Source: Dehalococcoidia bacterium (GTDB lineage: Bacteria > Chloroflexota > Dehalococcoidia > Lucifugimonadales > UBA3495). From it: 64,000 bases of DNA. A program made the position numbers and the translations under genes. The DNA is taken from positions 2,541,232 through 2,605,231 of the forward strand of contig OZ242013.1 of assembly GCA_965204805.1 (NCBI GenBank). Direction: 5' to 3'. Under the pieces are notes generated by a model, which worked only from the letters and a program-made list of their open reading frames with translations, was not told the DNA's origin and made no database searches. Shown piece after piece: positions 9,234-18,300 of this stretch. How positions within the stretch are numbered: position 1 is the first letter of the stretch; the number at the start of each line of letters is the position of its first letter.

Positions 9234-9958
9234 TCATCGGTACAAAGACACGGTAAAGGGGGAAGGTTTGTCCGCTTCCCAGAGAGGCCGCTGGTGCGTG
9301 ACTATCGGCTCGTCCGTCGAAACGCCCAGTCTGGTTTTCATATATCCAACCAGGTTTCTCCTTACGTCAGCCCTGCTAGAACTCTGAGGGTACAACCCGT
9401 TTGAGTCCCTCCAGTCAGCTTGAACACACCCCAAAAGCACATCAACCATCTGCAAGAATACCTGTGATTCTGACGAAGCACGAATACACCCGGCGACTTC
9501 TGAAACTGAGCGGAACTCGTCCTCGACCAAGACCGAAGAATTCTTCGGTGGCGGCTGAAAATCAACGATCGCAAACACCGGGCGCTTGAGCCGTTTTTCA
9601 AGCAGATCGCGCCCCAAAGAAATGTATGCCTCCCAAGCATTGTGCCCCCAGCGGGACAAACTGAAACCCGGTTCAGTTCTATCCACCAGCAAGGCGTGAA
9701 ATTCAAAGCAAGGGAAAGAAAAGTACAGATTTAGCAACTCAATGTATTGCGGCAGATTGTGCTTGGCTATTTTTGCGAATTTGTATTCGCGGTGCCAAGA
9801 TTTCTGCGACGCGAGGTCAAAGTGCAACTTATAGAAGCTGTCAGTGACCTTGCCTGGGTCGTTCACAATGAGCAGCCCGATGCCCCAAACACGGGCTGCT
9901 CCCTGATACGGGTGGTCAACACGCCAGTTTCGTCGACGAATGCAGGTAGAACTTTCAT
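9234..9958 (-). pseudogene. DUF3800-family gene with a frameshift
   Basis: The N-terminal MKVLPAFVDETG... (start 9958) is in one frame and stops at 9875-9877. The rest (9234..9866, ...LQMVDVLLG...) is in another frame. The junction is at a G4 run near 9883-9886. Confidence 0.6.
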
Positions 9959-9975
9959 TCGACTACGATACCTTA

Positions 9976-10897
9976 GAAACTATCTCAAAACCCTGAGTTG
10001 CCATTGCCGGCGATACCAGATTAGGGCGCAGGCCAGTTGGATCAGGCCAATGTAGTTGGATGCCTTCTTGTCGTACCGGACCAGAATCGCCCGGCACTTG
10101 GATAGCCAGGCCAGGGTGCGTTCCACCACCCACCGGCGGGCCGGATGGCGTTTCACTCCTGTGGCGTCCAGCTTCTCCTCTCCTATCCGCCGAATGTGGC
10201 CCCGGTACCCGTGCGCCGCCACTGCCTCGTGGCCTGTTGGGTTGTCGTATCCCTTGTCCAGGCACAGATGCTGGGTCCCGGTTCCAGGACGCTCCACCAC
10301 TATGCCATCCAAGGTCATGTCCAGCAGCTTGGTGTCGTGAACATTGGCTCCGGCCACCACCAGGCTCAATGGCCCTCCATCCCGGTCGACCAGGATACTC
10401 CGCTTGCTGCCCGCCTTGCCCCGGTCCGTGGGATTGCGGCCTATTGAATCCCCCCCAAACGGGCCTTGCCCATGGCGCAATCTGCGGCCTGCCACTCCCA
10501 GTCCACACCACCCAGTTCCTCGCACTCCGCGACCAACTCCGCCCAGATGCGCTCCAGCACGCCCAATTCCACCCAGCGCTGGAAAGTGCGGTGAATGGTG
10601 CTGTCGTCCCCCAGTTCCCGGGGCAGGCGGTTCCAGTGGCAGCCGGTGCGCATGCGGAATATGATGCCGTCCAGGATTCGCCTCGGATCAACCCGCTTCC
10701 GTCCCGTAGCCTTGGGAGGGTCCATCTCCAGAATCACCGGGTGAATCTGCTCCCACAAATCGTCTGGAACCTCCCAAATCGTTGCCAAAGTCTCCCTCTT
10801 TCCCCTCATCATCCACCGCCTCACCAAATTTTCCTTCATCCTAACCCAACCGGATTTTCCCTCTCCCCTTCGACCTCTCCTGTTTTGAGATAGTTTC
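9976..10897 (-). mobile_element. IS5-family (IS427/IS1031-like) insertion sequence, 922 bp
   Basis: 16-bp perfect terminal inverted repeats GAAACTATCTCAAAAC (9976-9991 / 10882-10897). TTA direct repeats flank it (9973-9975, 10898-10900). Confidence 0.85.
9980..10839 (-). CDS. IS5-family DDE transposase in two frames (orfA 10441..10839, orfB 9980..~10455)
   Basis: DUF4096-like N-terminus (ILDGIIFRMRTGCHWNRLP). DDE part is NPTDRGK...LDKGYD...VERTLAW. The frames meet at a G7 run (10450-10456). Confidence 0.8.
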
Positions 10898-10975
10898 TTA
10901 GTCATTGGCAAAGAGCAAGGCGAAAACGCCCGGAAATACCGGAAATTGTAGTCTGCATTGCTCGGAATACAGGAT

Positions 10976-11752
10976 TCAGTACCGCCACTCCGGTTCGCGC
11001 TTTTGCAGGAAGGCGGTTATGCCCTCGTGGGCGTCCTCTTTGAGCAGGTTGTCCACCATCACCTGCTGGGCCACGTCGTAGGCGGCGGGGCGGTCGAGTT
11101 CTATCTGGCGGTAGAAGGCGGGCTTGCCTATGGCCAGGGTCTGGGCGCTGGCGGAGGCTATCTGGCGGGCGAGGGCGGATACGTTGGCGTCGAGGTCGCT
11201 GTCGGGGACTACGCGATTGATGAGGCCGATTTCCAGGGCCTCGGAAGACGGGATGGGCGTGCCGGTGAGCAGCATTTCCATGGCCTTCTTGGTGGTGGCT
11301 ACGGAGCGGGCCAAGGCGACGCCGGGGGTGGTGCAGAAGAGGCCAATCTGTACGCCGGGGGTGGCGAAGGAGGCGGACTCAGCGGCCACGGCCAGGTCGC
11401 AGGTGGCGACTAGCTGGCATCCGGCGGCGGTGGCGAGGCCCTGAACCTGGGCAATGACCGGCTTGGGCAGCAGACGGATGGCCTCCATGACCTCGGTGCA
11501 TAGAGCAAAGACGGCGGTGTAGGACTTGGCGTCGCGGTTGATGATTTCGTTCAGGTCGTGGCCGGAGCTGAACACCGGGCCTTCGGAGCGCAGCACCACC
11601 ACGCGGACGGCATCGTCGTCTACGAACTGGCGGAACAGCTCCTTCAGCTCGCCCAGCAGTTCGGTGGACAGGGCGTTGCGGCGTCCGGGGTTGTTGAGGG
11701 TGAGGACGGCAACACCATCCTGCAATTCGTAGCGAACGAGCTGTCCGATCAT
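10976..11752 (-). CDS. enoyl-CoA hydratase/isomerase (crotonase) family protein
   Basis: NPGRRNALS...GPVFSSGHDL...GLATAAGCQL crotonase motifs. Confidence 0.85.
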   Translation of the reverse strand: MIGQLVRYELQDGVAVLTLNNPGRRNALSTELLGELKELFRQFVDDDAVRVVVLRSEGPVFSSGHDLNEIINRDAKSYTAVFALCTEVMEAIRLLPKPVIAQVQGLATAAGCQLVATCDLAVAAESASFATPGVQIGLFCTTPGVALARSVATTKKAMEMLLTGTPIPSSEALEIGLINRVVPDSDLDANVSALARQIASASAQTLAIGKPAFYRQIELDRPAAYDVAQQVMVDNLLKEDAHEGITAFLQKREPEWRY

Positions 11753-11797
11753 TGCGGTCTCCTTGTCGGTTGGTGCTTCGAGTTTACCAGATTTGAT

Positions 11798-12223
11798 TCA
11801 GGGGCGGGAAACGGACAGGGTGGCCAGCATCCGGGCGGTGAGTTGCCCGTCGGCGAAGGCGTCGGCGCGGCAGACGGTGATGCTGCGGCCGGGGCGAAGA
11901 ACCTCGGCGCGGGCGGTGACTTGGCTGCCGGTCGCCGGGGCCAGGAAGTTCAGCTTGTATTCGGCTGGGGACACCAAGTCGCCGGGGGAAGTCAGGCTCA
12001 GGGCGGCCAGGACGCAGGCGTCATCCAGCAGCGCGGCTACGAAGCTGCGATGTATTTCGCCGGGCGCGGCGGCGAGGTCTTCCCGACAGGACAGCGCGAT
12101 TTCCACCACGCCGGGGGAGACGGACGTGAGTTCGCCGCCCCAGCGCGAGGAGGCGGACTCGTCCCAGAAGGCGGCGGATACGCGGCCGGCGTAGGCGGGG
12201 TCTCGGGGCTGGAATTGGGGCAT
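11798..12223 (-). CDS. PaaI-type hotdog-fold thioesterase
   Basis: 141 aa with a hotdog-fold-like pattern (...HRSFVAALLDDA...GRSITVCRA...). Confidence 0.7.
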   Translation of the reverse strand: MPQFQPRDPAYAGRVSAAFWDESASSRWGGELTSVSPGVVEIALSCREDLAAAPGEIHRSFVAALLDDACVLAALSLTSPGDLVSPAEYKLNFLAPATGSQVTARAEVLRPGRSITVCRADAFADGQLTARMLATLSVSRP

Positions 12224-12267
12224 GGGGACTTTGGTCTCTTTGCTCTCTATGATTACTGATGCGGGGA

Positions 12268-12310
12268 CTTCACCCTCACCCTAGCCCTCTCCCTCAAGGG
12301 AGAGGGGATA
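12268..12310. repeat. H-hairpin repeat (ACCCTCACCCTA-leader + CCCTCTCCCTCAAGGGAGAGGG)
   Basis: Member of a family with at least 11 copies in the window. Confidence 0.8.
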
Positions 12311-12325
12311 ATAGAACCGGCGGCT

Positions 12326-13216
12326 CTAGAATTCCACGGCTTCCTTGAAGCGGCGCATCATTTTGATGTGGTCATCAGCGGTTTTCAGCCCGGCACGGCG
12401 GTTTTCGATGGAAAGGTGGGAGGCGCCCATCTTGCGCCAGTCGGCTACTTCTTCGGCCCAGTCCTCGGGGGAGTTGCCGGCGGTCTTGAGGCGGCCGTCG
12501 AGGCCAAGCTCGGAGGGGTCACGTCCGTACTCGGCCATGTAGCCGTGGACCTTGTCCTGCAAAGCGTAGCCGGCTTCGTCGGGGCCGAAGTTGGGGCACC
12601 AGCCGTCAGCGATGCGGGCGACGCGGCGCAGGGCCACGTCGGGCGGGATGGGAGCGGCCGGGCTGCCGACGCCGAGCCAGACCGGGATGGGGCGCTGCAC
12701 CGGCAGGGGGTTGATGCCGGCGTGGGTGATGTCGTGCCATTTGCCGTGGAAGTCCACGGACTCGTTGGTCCAAAGCTGGCGCATCACCTCGATTTGTTCG
12801 ACGCTGCGGGCGCCCCGGTCGTTGAAGTTCATGCCCAGCGCCTCATACTCGACGAAGTTCCAGCCGACGCCGATGCCGAGGCGCAGCCTGCCGCCGCAGA
12901 GGACGTCAATCTCGGCGGCCTGTTTGGCCACCAGCGCGGTCTGACGCTGGGGGAGGATGAGGATGCCGGACATCAGGCCCATGCCGGGGGCAACAGCGGC
13001 CAGGTAGCCCATGGTGGTCAGCGACTCATGCACCACCGACTCGTGGTTGTACATCCCGAAGAGGGGGTGGTCATAGGCGCTGGCGTCGGCACCCAGGACG
13101 TGGTCGGCGATGAACAGGTAGGAGTAGCCCATATCCTGCGCGGCCTGGGCGAAGTCGCGGATGGCGACAACATCAGGCTCGATTTCGGTCTGGGGGAAGA
13201 TGACTCCGATTTCCAT
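12326..13216 (-). CDS. LLM-class F420/flavin-dependent oxidoreductase
   Basis: Luciferase-like TIM-barrel features (ADHVLG..., RLRLGIGVGW). Confidence 0.8.
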   Translation of the reverse strand: MEIGVIFPQTEIEPDVVAIRDFAQAAQDMGYSYLFIADHVLGADASAYDHPLFGMYNHESVVHESLTTMGYLAAVAPGMGLMSGILILPQRQTALVAKQAAEIDVLCGGRLRLGIGVGWNFVEYEALGMNFNDRGARSVEQIEVMRQLWTNESVDFHGKWHDITHAGINPLPVQRPIPVWLGVGSPAAPIPPDVALRRVARIADGWCPNFGPDEAGYALQDKVHGYMAEYGRDPSELGLDGRLKTAGNSPEDWAEEVADWRKMGASHLSIENRRAGLKTADDHIKMMRRFKEAVEF

Positions 13217-13248
13217 GGATACTCCAGTAGGTTGGGATGGGATCGTTC

Positions 13249-13269
13249 AATATCCTAATTTGGGATATT
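13249..13269. promoter_or_regulatory. inverted repeat AATATCC-N7-GGATATT upstream of the HTH-nuclease gene (possible C-box-like operator)
   Basis: Perfect 7-bp arms about 30-50 bp upstream of the 13300 start. Confidence 0.3.
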
Positions 13270-13299
13270 AGAAGGTGTCAACTTATTCTAACTCATATC

Positions 13300-14139
13300 A
13301 TGACTATGATTCCTCCAGACGCCTACGATAGATTTCGGCAGCTACTTATAGAAGCGCGCCAGAAGAGCGGCCTGACTCAGACGGGAGTCGCGGCTCGTTT
13401 AGGCGTTTCTCAATCATTCGTTTCCAAGTATGAACTTGGCGAGCGCCGGTTGGACGTTATTGAACTCCTGCGTATCTCCGACATACTAAACGCCGACGTT
13501 CACGACCTTGTACGGCGAATAGCCGCCGGAGAAGATTCTTCCTCTCATATAAGTATTCTGGAAGAATTAGGGCTGACTGTAACCGAGCTAACCGTACTGA
13601 TACACGAAAACCCTAGCCTGAGGGGTATGGTCGTCGGATATGCCGCTGAACGAAAACTCCAAGACTACCTGCAATCCCGCGATGACATCACCTATATCGG
13701 GAAGCCTGACGACCACGACCGTCAGAATAAAGGCGACCACGTAATCCGATATCGAGGCCATCAGTTCACCATTGAGATTAAATCCCTCCAGACCAGGATG
13801 GTCACCAAAGACGGCGATATTTGGCGCGGGAGAGCGCAAGTTGACGCCAGTGACCGCCGGACGGTGATTTTGGCTGACGGTAGCTCCCTTGAGACGACGC
13901 TGCTGACGGTTGGCGAATTTGACGTGCTGGCGGTCAACTGTTTTGCCTTTGGTCAAGGGTGGAATTTCGTGTTCGCCAAGAACGAGGATTTGCCGCGTAG
14001 CCGATACAGAAACTACACCGATGAAGTTCGCAGACAGCTTATTGCCAGTCTTGTGTCCGTTTCCTGGCCTCCTGAGCCACCGTTTGCCGATAATCTGCTT
14101 ACGGTGCTTGACGATTTGGTCAGTAGCCACGGCAACTGA
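13300..14139 (+). CDS. XRE-type HTH domain fused to PD-(D/E)xK nuclease (putative type II restriction endonuclease with built-in controller domain)
   Basis: N-terminus is LTQTGVAARLGVSQSFVSKYELGERR. The C-terminal part has GDHVIRYRGHQFTIEIKS (D...ExK). Convergent with a DNA methyltransferase. The segment is AT-richer. Confidence 0.55.
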   Translation: MTMIPPDAYDRFRQLLIEARQKSGLTQTGVAARLGVSQSFVSKYELGERRLDVIELLRISDILNADVHDLVRRIAAGEDSSSHISILEELGLTVTELTVLIHENPSLRGMVVGYAAERKLQDYLQSRDDITYIGKPDDHDRQNKGDHVIRYRGHQFTIEIKSLQTRMVTKDGDIWRGRAQVDASDRRTVILADGSSLETTLLTVGEFDVLAVNCFAFGQGWNFVFAKNEDLPRSRYRNYTDEVRRQLIASLVSVSWPPEPPFADNLLTVLDDLVSSHGN

Positions 14140-14142
14140 ACC

Positions 14143-14883
14143 CTAAGCTCGCTTGTTTTCCTTAATGAACACCAGAAAATACGAGTGGTTTTTTCTGGCG
14201 TGTACTTGTTTCTTCAATCTGGCGACAGACGGTTTGCTGGGGCGGACTACGACGAACAGGTCTTTGGCGTAGAAGCCCAGCGACTTGTAATCGTTGATTA
14301 TCTCCACGTGGGTGAGACGCTGGCGGTTGGCACTCACCTCGTCCTGGCACTTCACGATAAGAACGCCGTCGCGTTTAAGCACCCGAAACGCTTCTCGCCC
14401 GGCTTCCCGGTATAGTTCTGTAACAGCATCGTGCCACTTAGCCTTTTCCGGCCTTTCATGGCCGTTGGAGTAGTGTTCCCGGAAGGCCGAATAGCTGCCC
14501 CCGCCCGCTTTCTGACTTGCATCGTTCCGGAAAAAGCCTTCCATATATGGCGGGTCCAGCACTACGCAGTCAATTTCGCCATCAAGATAAGGCAACTCAC
14601 GGCAGTCCACTCCCATTGATATATCCGTAGCACGGACATCGTAGATTCCGTCGCGGACTTTCTGCCAAAAGACGCCCTTTCCCCAAGTTACGTCCGCTAC
14701 GGTTGCTCCCTCCGGTACGTGCAAGCTCATGACTTGGGCGAACACATCGGCATTGCCTCCCACATGAGCGGACAGGGTGACATCGCTGGTAGCGACGCCG
14801 CCCTGCACTCGCCGGTTTCCCTGCATTTCAGGTTGCAACGCCATTCTGAACTGGTTTCCCGCCCTAGCGGTTTCTTCTATCAT
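14143..14883 (-). CDS. DNA methyltransferase (DPPY motif; N6-A or N4-C)
   Basis: [10 protein letters not shown] (SAM-binding-like) followed by [10 protein letters not shown], then [13 protein letters not shown]. Confidence 0.75.
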   Translation of the reverse strand: MIEETARAGNQFRMALQPEMQGNRRVQGGVATSDVTLSAHVGGNADVFAQVMSLHVPEGATVADVTWGKGVFWQKVRDGIYDVRATDISMGVDCRELPYLDGEIDCVVLDPPYMEGFFRNDASQKAGGGSYSAFREHYSNGHERPEKAKWHDAVTELYREAGREAFRVLKRDGVLIVKCQDEVSANRQRLTHVEIINDYKSLGFYAKDLFVVVRPSKPSVARLKKQVHARKNHSYFLVFIKENKRA

Positions 14884-15149
14884 CCGCGGCGCTCCCTGGA
14901 TCTGCGCTCCGCTTCTAGGTAGATCAGGTCATCCTCGGTGTTAAGGAGCAGCTTGTATTTCTTCGGATGGCTGTCGGGGATCTGATAGATTATCTCCAGG
15001 ACTCCTTTGGTCTCCCTGATGGCGCTATCCAAATCCCTCCTGCGGGCCTCGGAAATGTCCAAGTCAACTACTTCCCCTTCAGGTAAGTCCAGCGGCTCCA
15101 GGGGGGTGAAGACCCCGTTGGCGTAATAGGCGCGCACTTTAGCGGACAT
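14880..15149 (-). CDS. small DUF104/AF2212-like (antitoxin-fold) protein, translationally coupled to the methyltransferase
   Basis: The N-terminus [32 protein letters not shown] matches the DUF104 signature. Its stop overlaps the MTase start (ATGA). Confidence 0.5.
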   Translation of the reverse strand: MSAKVRAYYANGVFTPLEPLDLPEGEVVDLDISEARRRDLDSAIRETKGVLEIIYQIPDSHPKKYKLLLNTEDDLIYLEAERRSRERRG

Positions 15150-15169
15150 GTCAGCCTCCCTCCACCATT

Positions 15170-16354
15170 TTACCCCAGCAGACGGGTTTTCTGCGTCTCG
15201 AACTCCTCGCGGGTGAGGTAGCCCTGGTCCAGAAGGCGGGCCAGGCGTTCCAAGTCGCCTACCAGGGAGGTAGTATTGGCGGCAGGGTCCTGGGCTACTG
15301 AGCGGTCTACTTGGCGCACGTCGGTTACGCCGCATAAGCCCATGGCCACGCTCAGTTCGTTGCGCAAGATTTCGAGGCAGTGGGTGAGGCCCGCTTCGCC
15401 GGCGACGGAGAGTCCCCAGAAGATGGGGCGGCCCACGAAAGTGGCCTTGGCGCCGAGGGCCAAGGCTTTCAGCACATCGGCGCCTTTGCGGACGCCGCCG
15501 TCGAGGTAGACCTCCAGCCGGTCGCCCACGGCGTCGGCGATGGAGGGGAGCATATCTATGGAGCCTTCGGTGCCTTGCAGGGCGTGGCCGCCGTGGTTGG
15601 AGACCACCAGGGCCTCGGCACCGTTCTCGACACAGAGACGGGCGTCCTCGGCGGTCTGGATGCCCTTGACCACCAGCGGCATGGTGGTAATGGAGCGCAG
15701 CCACTCCAGGTCGCGCCAGTTCAGGCCATGCTCGAAGCTCTCGGAGAAGTTGCCCTGATTGGGCAGGTTGGGCAGCTCGATGCCGTCGAAGTTCTTGAGA
15801 ATGCGCTCCTGGTCCAAGATGTAGGCGTAGCGGTATTCGCGCTCGCGGGAGTTTGCGCCGAGGTTGTCCACCGTGAGCATCATGGCGGTGTATCCGGCGT
15901 TTTCGGCGCGGCGCACCAGTATCTCGGTGAGCTCGCGGTCCTGGAAGAAGTAGAGCTGGAACCAGAGCGGGTTGTCGGCCACCTCGGCCACCTCTTCGAT
16001 GCTGTAGCTGGAGGCGGTGCTGAGGCCCATGATGGTGTCGGCGGCAGCGGCGGCGCGGGCCGAGGCCAGTTCGCCAGCCGGGTGGGCGCGCTGGTGGGTG
16101 CCGGTGGGCGCCAGCATCACCGGGAAGCTGATTCGCTGACCAAGAACCTCGGTGGACATATCGCGCTGGCTAACGTCCACCAGGACGCGCGGGCGCAGCT
16201 TGACGGCTTCCATGGCCCGGACGTTGGCAGTGTTTGTGGTCCAGTCGGGGGCGTCCATATCGCCGAAAAGACGGTCGAACAGCGCTTTCGGCATGGTCTC
16301 CTTGGCGCGGGCTTCGTAGTCGTTGATGGTGAGCAGGGCGTTCTGCGTAGTCAT
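15170..16354 (-). CDS. FMN-dependent alpha-hydroxy-acid dehydrogenase/oxidase with C-terminal SHOCT-like tail
   Basis: Glycolate oxidase/LldD-type motifs (VSNHGG, DGGVRKGADV). The tail is LERLARLLDQGYLTREEFETQKTRLLG. Confidence 0.8.
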   Translation of the reverse strand: MTTQNALLTINDYEARAKETMPKALFDRLFGDMDAPDWTTNTANVRAMEAVKLRPRVLVDVSQRDMSTEVLGQRISFPVMLAPTGTHQRAHPAGELASARAAAAADTIMGLSTASSYSIEEVAEVADNPLWFQLYFFQDRELTEILVRRAENAGYTAMMLTVDNLGANSREREYRYAYILDQERILKNFDGIELPNLPNQGNFSESFEHGLNWRDLEWLRSITTMPLVVKGIQTAEDARLCVENGAEALVVSNHGGHALQGTEGSIDMLPSIADAVGDRLEVYLDGGVRKGADVLKALALGAKATFVGRPIFWGLSVAGEAGLTHCLEILRNELSVAMGLCGVTDVRQVDRSVAQDPAANTTSLVGDLERLARLLDQGYLTREEFETQKTRLLG

Positions 16355-16397
16355 GTTTATCTCCTGTTGGACAAATTAACTATTGGGGCAAGAGGCG

Positions 16398-16967
16398 TCA
16401 GTCTAATCCCTCCGTATCGGGCGGAGGAGGGGCACGCAAACGCGAATACAGATACCCGGCCAGGCACAGGGCAGCGACGGCCAGCAGCAGGTTGGCGATT
16501 ACAGGCCCCGTTACACGGCTTACGAACATATAGAGAAGAAAGCCTCCGGTCAATACCGGGAGCATCATGAACAAGACGGCCATTGCTCCGGCGGCCTGTA
16601 AGACAATGGGGCCTAACCGGGGGAACGGGCCGGGCGTTGCAACCTGGCCCTGCTCCACCAGTCCGGATTGCGGGACTCCGGCAACTTCCGACCAGTTCCG
16701 CCGGATACGGAGAAAGAGCAGGACATAGGTAACGCCGCCAACGACGAGGGCATATTGCCAGAAGTCTACAAGGAAGAAGAGAAAGAAGAAGAGCATGGCG
16801 ACGGAGCCGGCGACAAAACCGAGCAGAGCGAATGCTGCTATGGGCAACGCCGACTTGATGGCCTCGCTGTTGGCCTTGACTACGGAACTGGAGCGCACAC
16901 GTTCGAAGAGGCCCAGCAGAACCAGGCCAGCCAGAGCGACTCCAATCCATATTGCGGCTTCAAGCAT
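16398..16967 (-). CDS. multi-pass membrane protein, unknown function
   Basis: Four to five hydrophobic segments and coding-like composition. Confidence 0.5.
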   Translation of the reverse strand: MLEAAIWIGVALAGLVLLGLFERVRSSSVVKANSEAIKSALPIAAFALLGFVAGSVAMLFFFLFFLVDFWQYALVVGGVTYVLLFLRIRRNWSEVAGVPQSGLVEQGQVATPGPFPRLGPIVLQAAGAMAVLFMMLPVLTGGFLLYMFVSRVTGPVIANLLLAVAALCLAGYLYSRLRAPPPPDTEGLD

Positions 16968-17101
16968 CTTTCATGGCCGCAGCGGCCGGAGCGTCAAAGC
17001 GCCCCTAAGAAGTTCCGGCATTCCCAGTCAAGACGTGCCGGAGACCGCGTAAAAGACAATTGTATCAGCAGCCGGGAAACTTTATGGGGAGCCGCGAGGC
17101 G

Positions 17102-18115
17102 TCAGAGGGCGTGCAGGGCGGGAATTACCTCTTTGCCCACGAGGTCTATATGCTCCAGCACCTCGCTCTGGGACATTTCGGGGTAGAACAGGCGGATGGC
17201 TACGTCGGTGAAGCCCATCTGGTGGTAGGCGGCAATCTGCTCAATGCACTCTTCGGGGCCGCCGACCAGGAAGGTATCGTCCATCAGCGTTTCAAGGTCG
17301 CCGGTGACCTTGCGAGTCAACTCGCCGTCGGCGCCGTGCAACCCATGCTGGGCGTATACCTCGTACTTCTTGGCGAAGTTGGCCTGAGCGCGGGACAGGG
17401 CTTCCTCGTGGGTTGGAGCGCAGAAGAACTCTCGGACGATGACCATATCTTCGGGCTTTTCGTGGCCGTTGGCTTCCAGGGTGCGGTGGTAGAGGTCAAT
17501 CTGGTGGCGGATGGACTCATTAGACTGGGCCGGGCCGATGTACAGAATTTCGCCTTCACGCCCGACGCGCTCCACTGCCGGGTCGCTCATGGCGGCTTGC
17601 CAAACCTTGGGGTAGGGCTTCTGGTAGGGACGGGCCGTGGGGCGGGCGCCGGTGACGTGGTAGTAGCGGCCGTGGTGTGTGACCTCGTCCTCAGACCAGA
17701 GGCGGCGCATCAGGTTCATGGCCTCGGTGCAGCGGGCGCCGCGCTGAGACATCTTCGTGCCGAAGGCTTCACATTCCTCGGGGCGGTAGCCCAGACCAAT
17801 GCCGAGGATGAAGCGGCCCTCGGCGATGTGGTCGAGGGTGGCGGCCTGTTCCGCCACGTCCACCGGGTTGAGAAGGGGCAGCAGCAGGACCGAGGTCGCC
17901 AGCTTCATATCGCCCGGTTCCCCGGCCAGGCGGGCCAGAACAGGCCACGGCTGGAAGTGTTGGAAGGGGTCTATCAAGTAGTGGTGCGCCCAGCAGTAGA
18001 TGTCGAAACCGGCGTCCCGTGACGCCCGGAACTGGGCTAGGTGGTTCTGCCACTGCTGCTGCTGGTCTATGGAGTCGCGCTGGACGACGTGGCCCACCTG
18101 GTAGCCTACGCGCAT
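17102..18115 (-). CDS. LLM-class flavin-dependent oxidoreductase
   Basis: Luciferase-like features. The start is taken at MRVGYQ because the longer ORF N-terminus is an H-hairpin repeat. Confidence 0.8.
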   Translation of the reverse strand: MRVGYQVGHVVQRDSIDQQQQWQNHLAQFRASRDAGFDIYCWAHHYLIDPFQHFQPWPVLARLAGEPGDMKLATSVLLLPLLNPVDVAEQAATLDHIAEGRFILGIGLGYRPEECEAFGTKMSQRGARCTEAMNLMRRLWSEDEVTHHGRYYHVTGARPTARPYQKPYPKVWQAAMSDPAVERVGREGEILYIGPAQSNESIRHQIDLYHRTLEANGHEKPEDMVIVREFFCAPTHEEALSRAQANFAKKYEVYAQHGLHGADGELTRKVTGDLETLMDDTFLVGGPEECIEQIAAYHQMGFTDVAIRLFYPEMSQSEVLEHIDLVGKEVIPALHAL

Positions 18116-18121
18116 AAAGGT

Positions 18122-18160
18122 ACACCCCCACCCTAACCCTCCCCCTGAGGGGGAGGGAAT
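18122..18160. repeat. H-hairpin repeat
   Basis: ACACCCCCACCCTAACCCTCCCCCTGAGGGGGAGGGAAT, identical to 34762-34800. Confidence 0.85.
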
Positions 18161-18300
18161 TTTGTCTGACAAATTAGCTCACCCGGCACCGTCTTCCCAT
18201 GAAAGCGGGAATTCAGAGGACGTTGCAAGCGGTGGTCTCACCCCCACCCCCTGCTTTCGCAAGGGCAGGCTCTAACCATCCACCAGAGGGAGAGGGAACG

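Noticed and set aside
14880-15704. 274-aa ORF 14880..15704(-).
   Set aside because: Most of it overlaps the FMN dehydrogenase gene in another frame with R/P-rich translation. Only the last 89 codons, from the ATG at 15149, look like a real gene.
17102-18172. Longer N-terminal extensions of ORFs 17102..18172, 34715..35443, 42530..43657 and 26674..27162.
   Set aside because: The extra residues (PSPSGGGLGWG, HPHPNPPPEGEG, SPSPLRRGRIK and similar) are translations of the H-hairpin or PAL-GATT repeats. Internal starts with better context were used instead.
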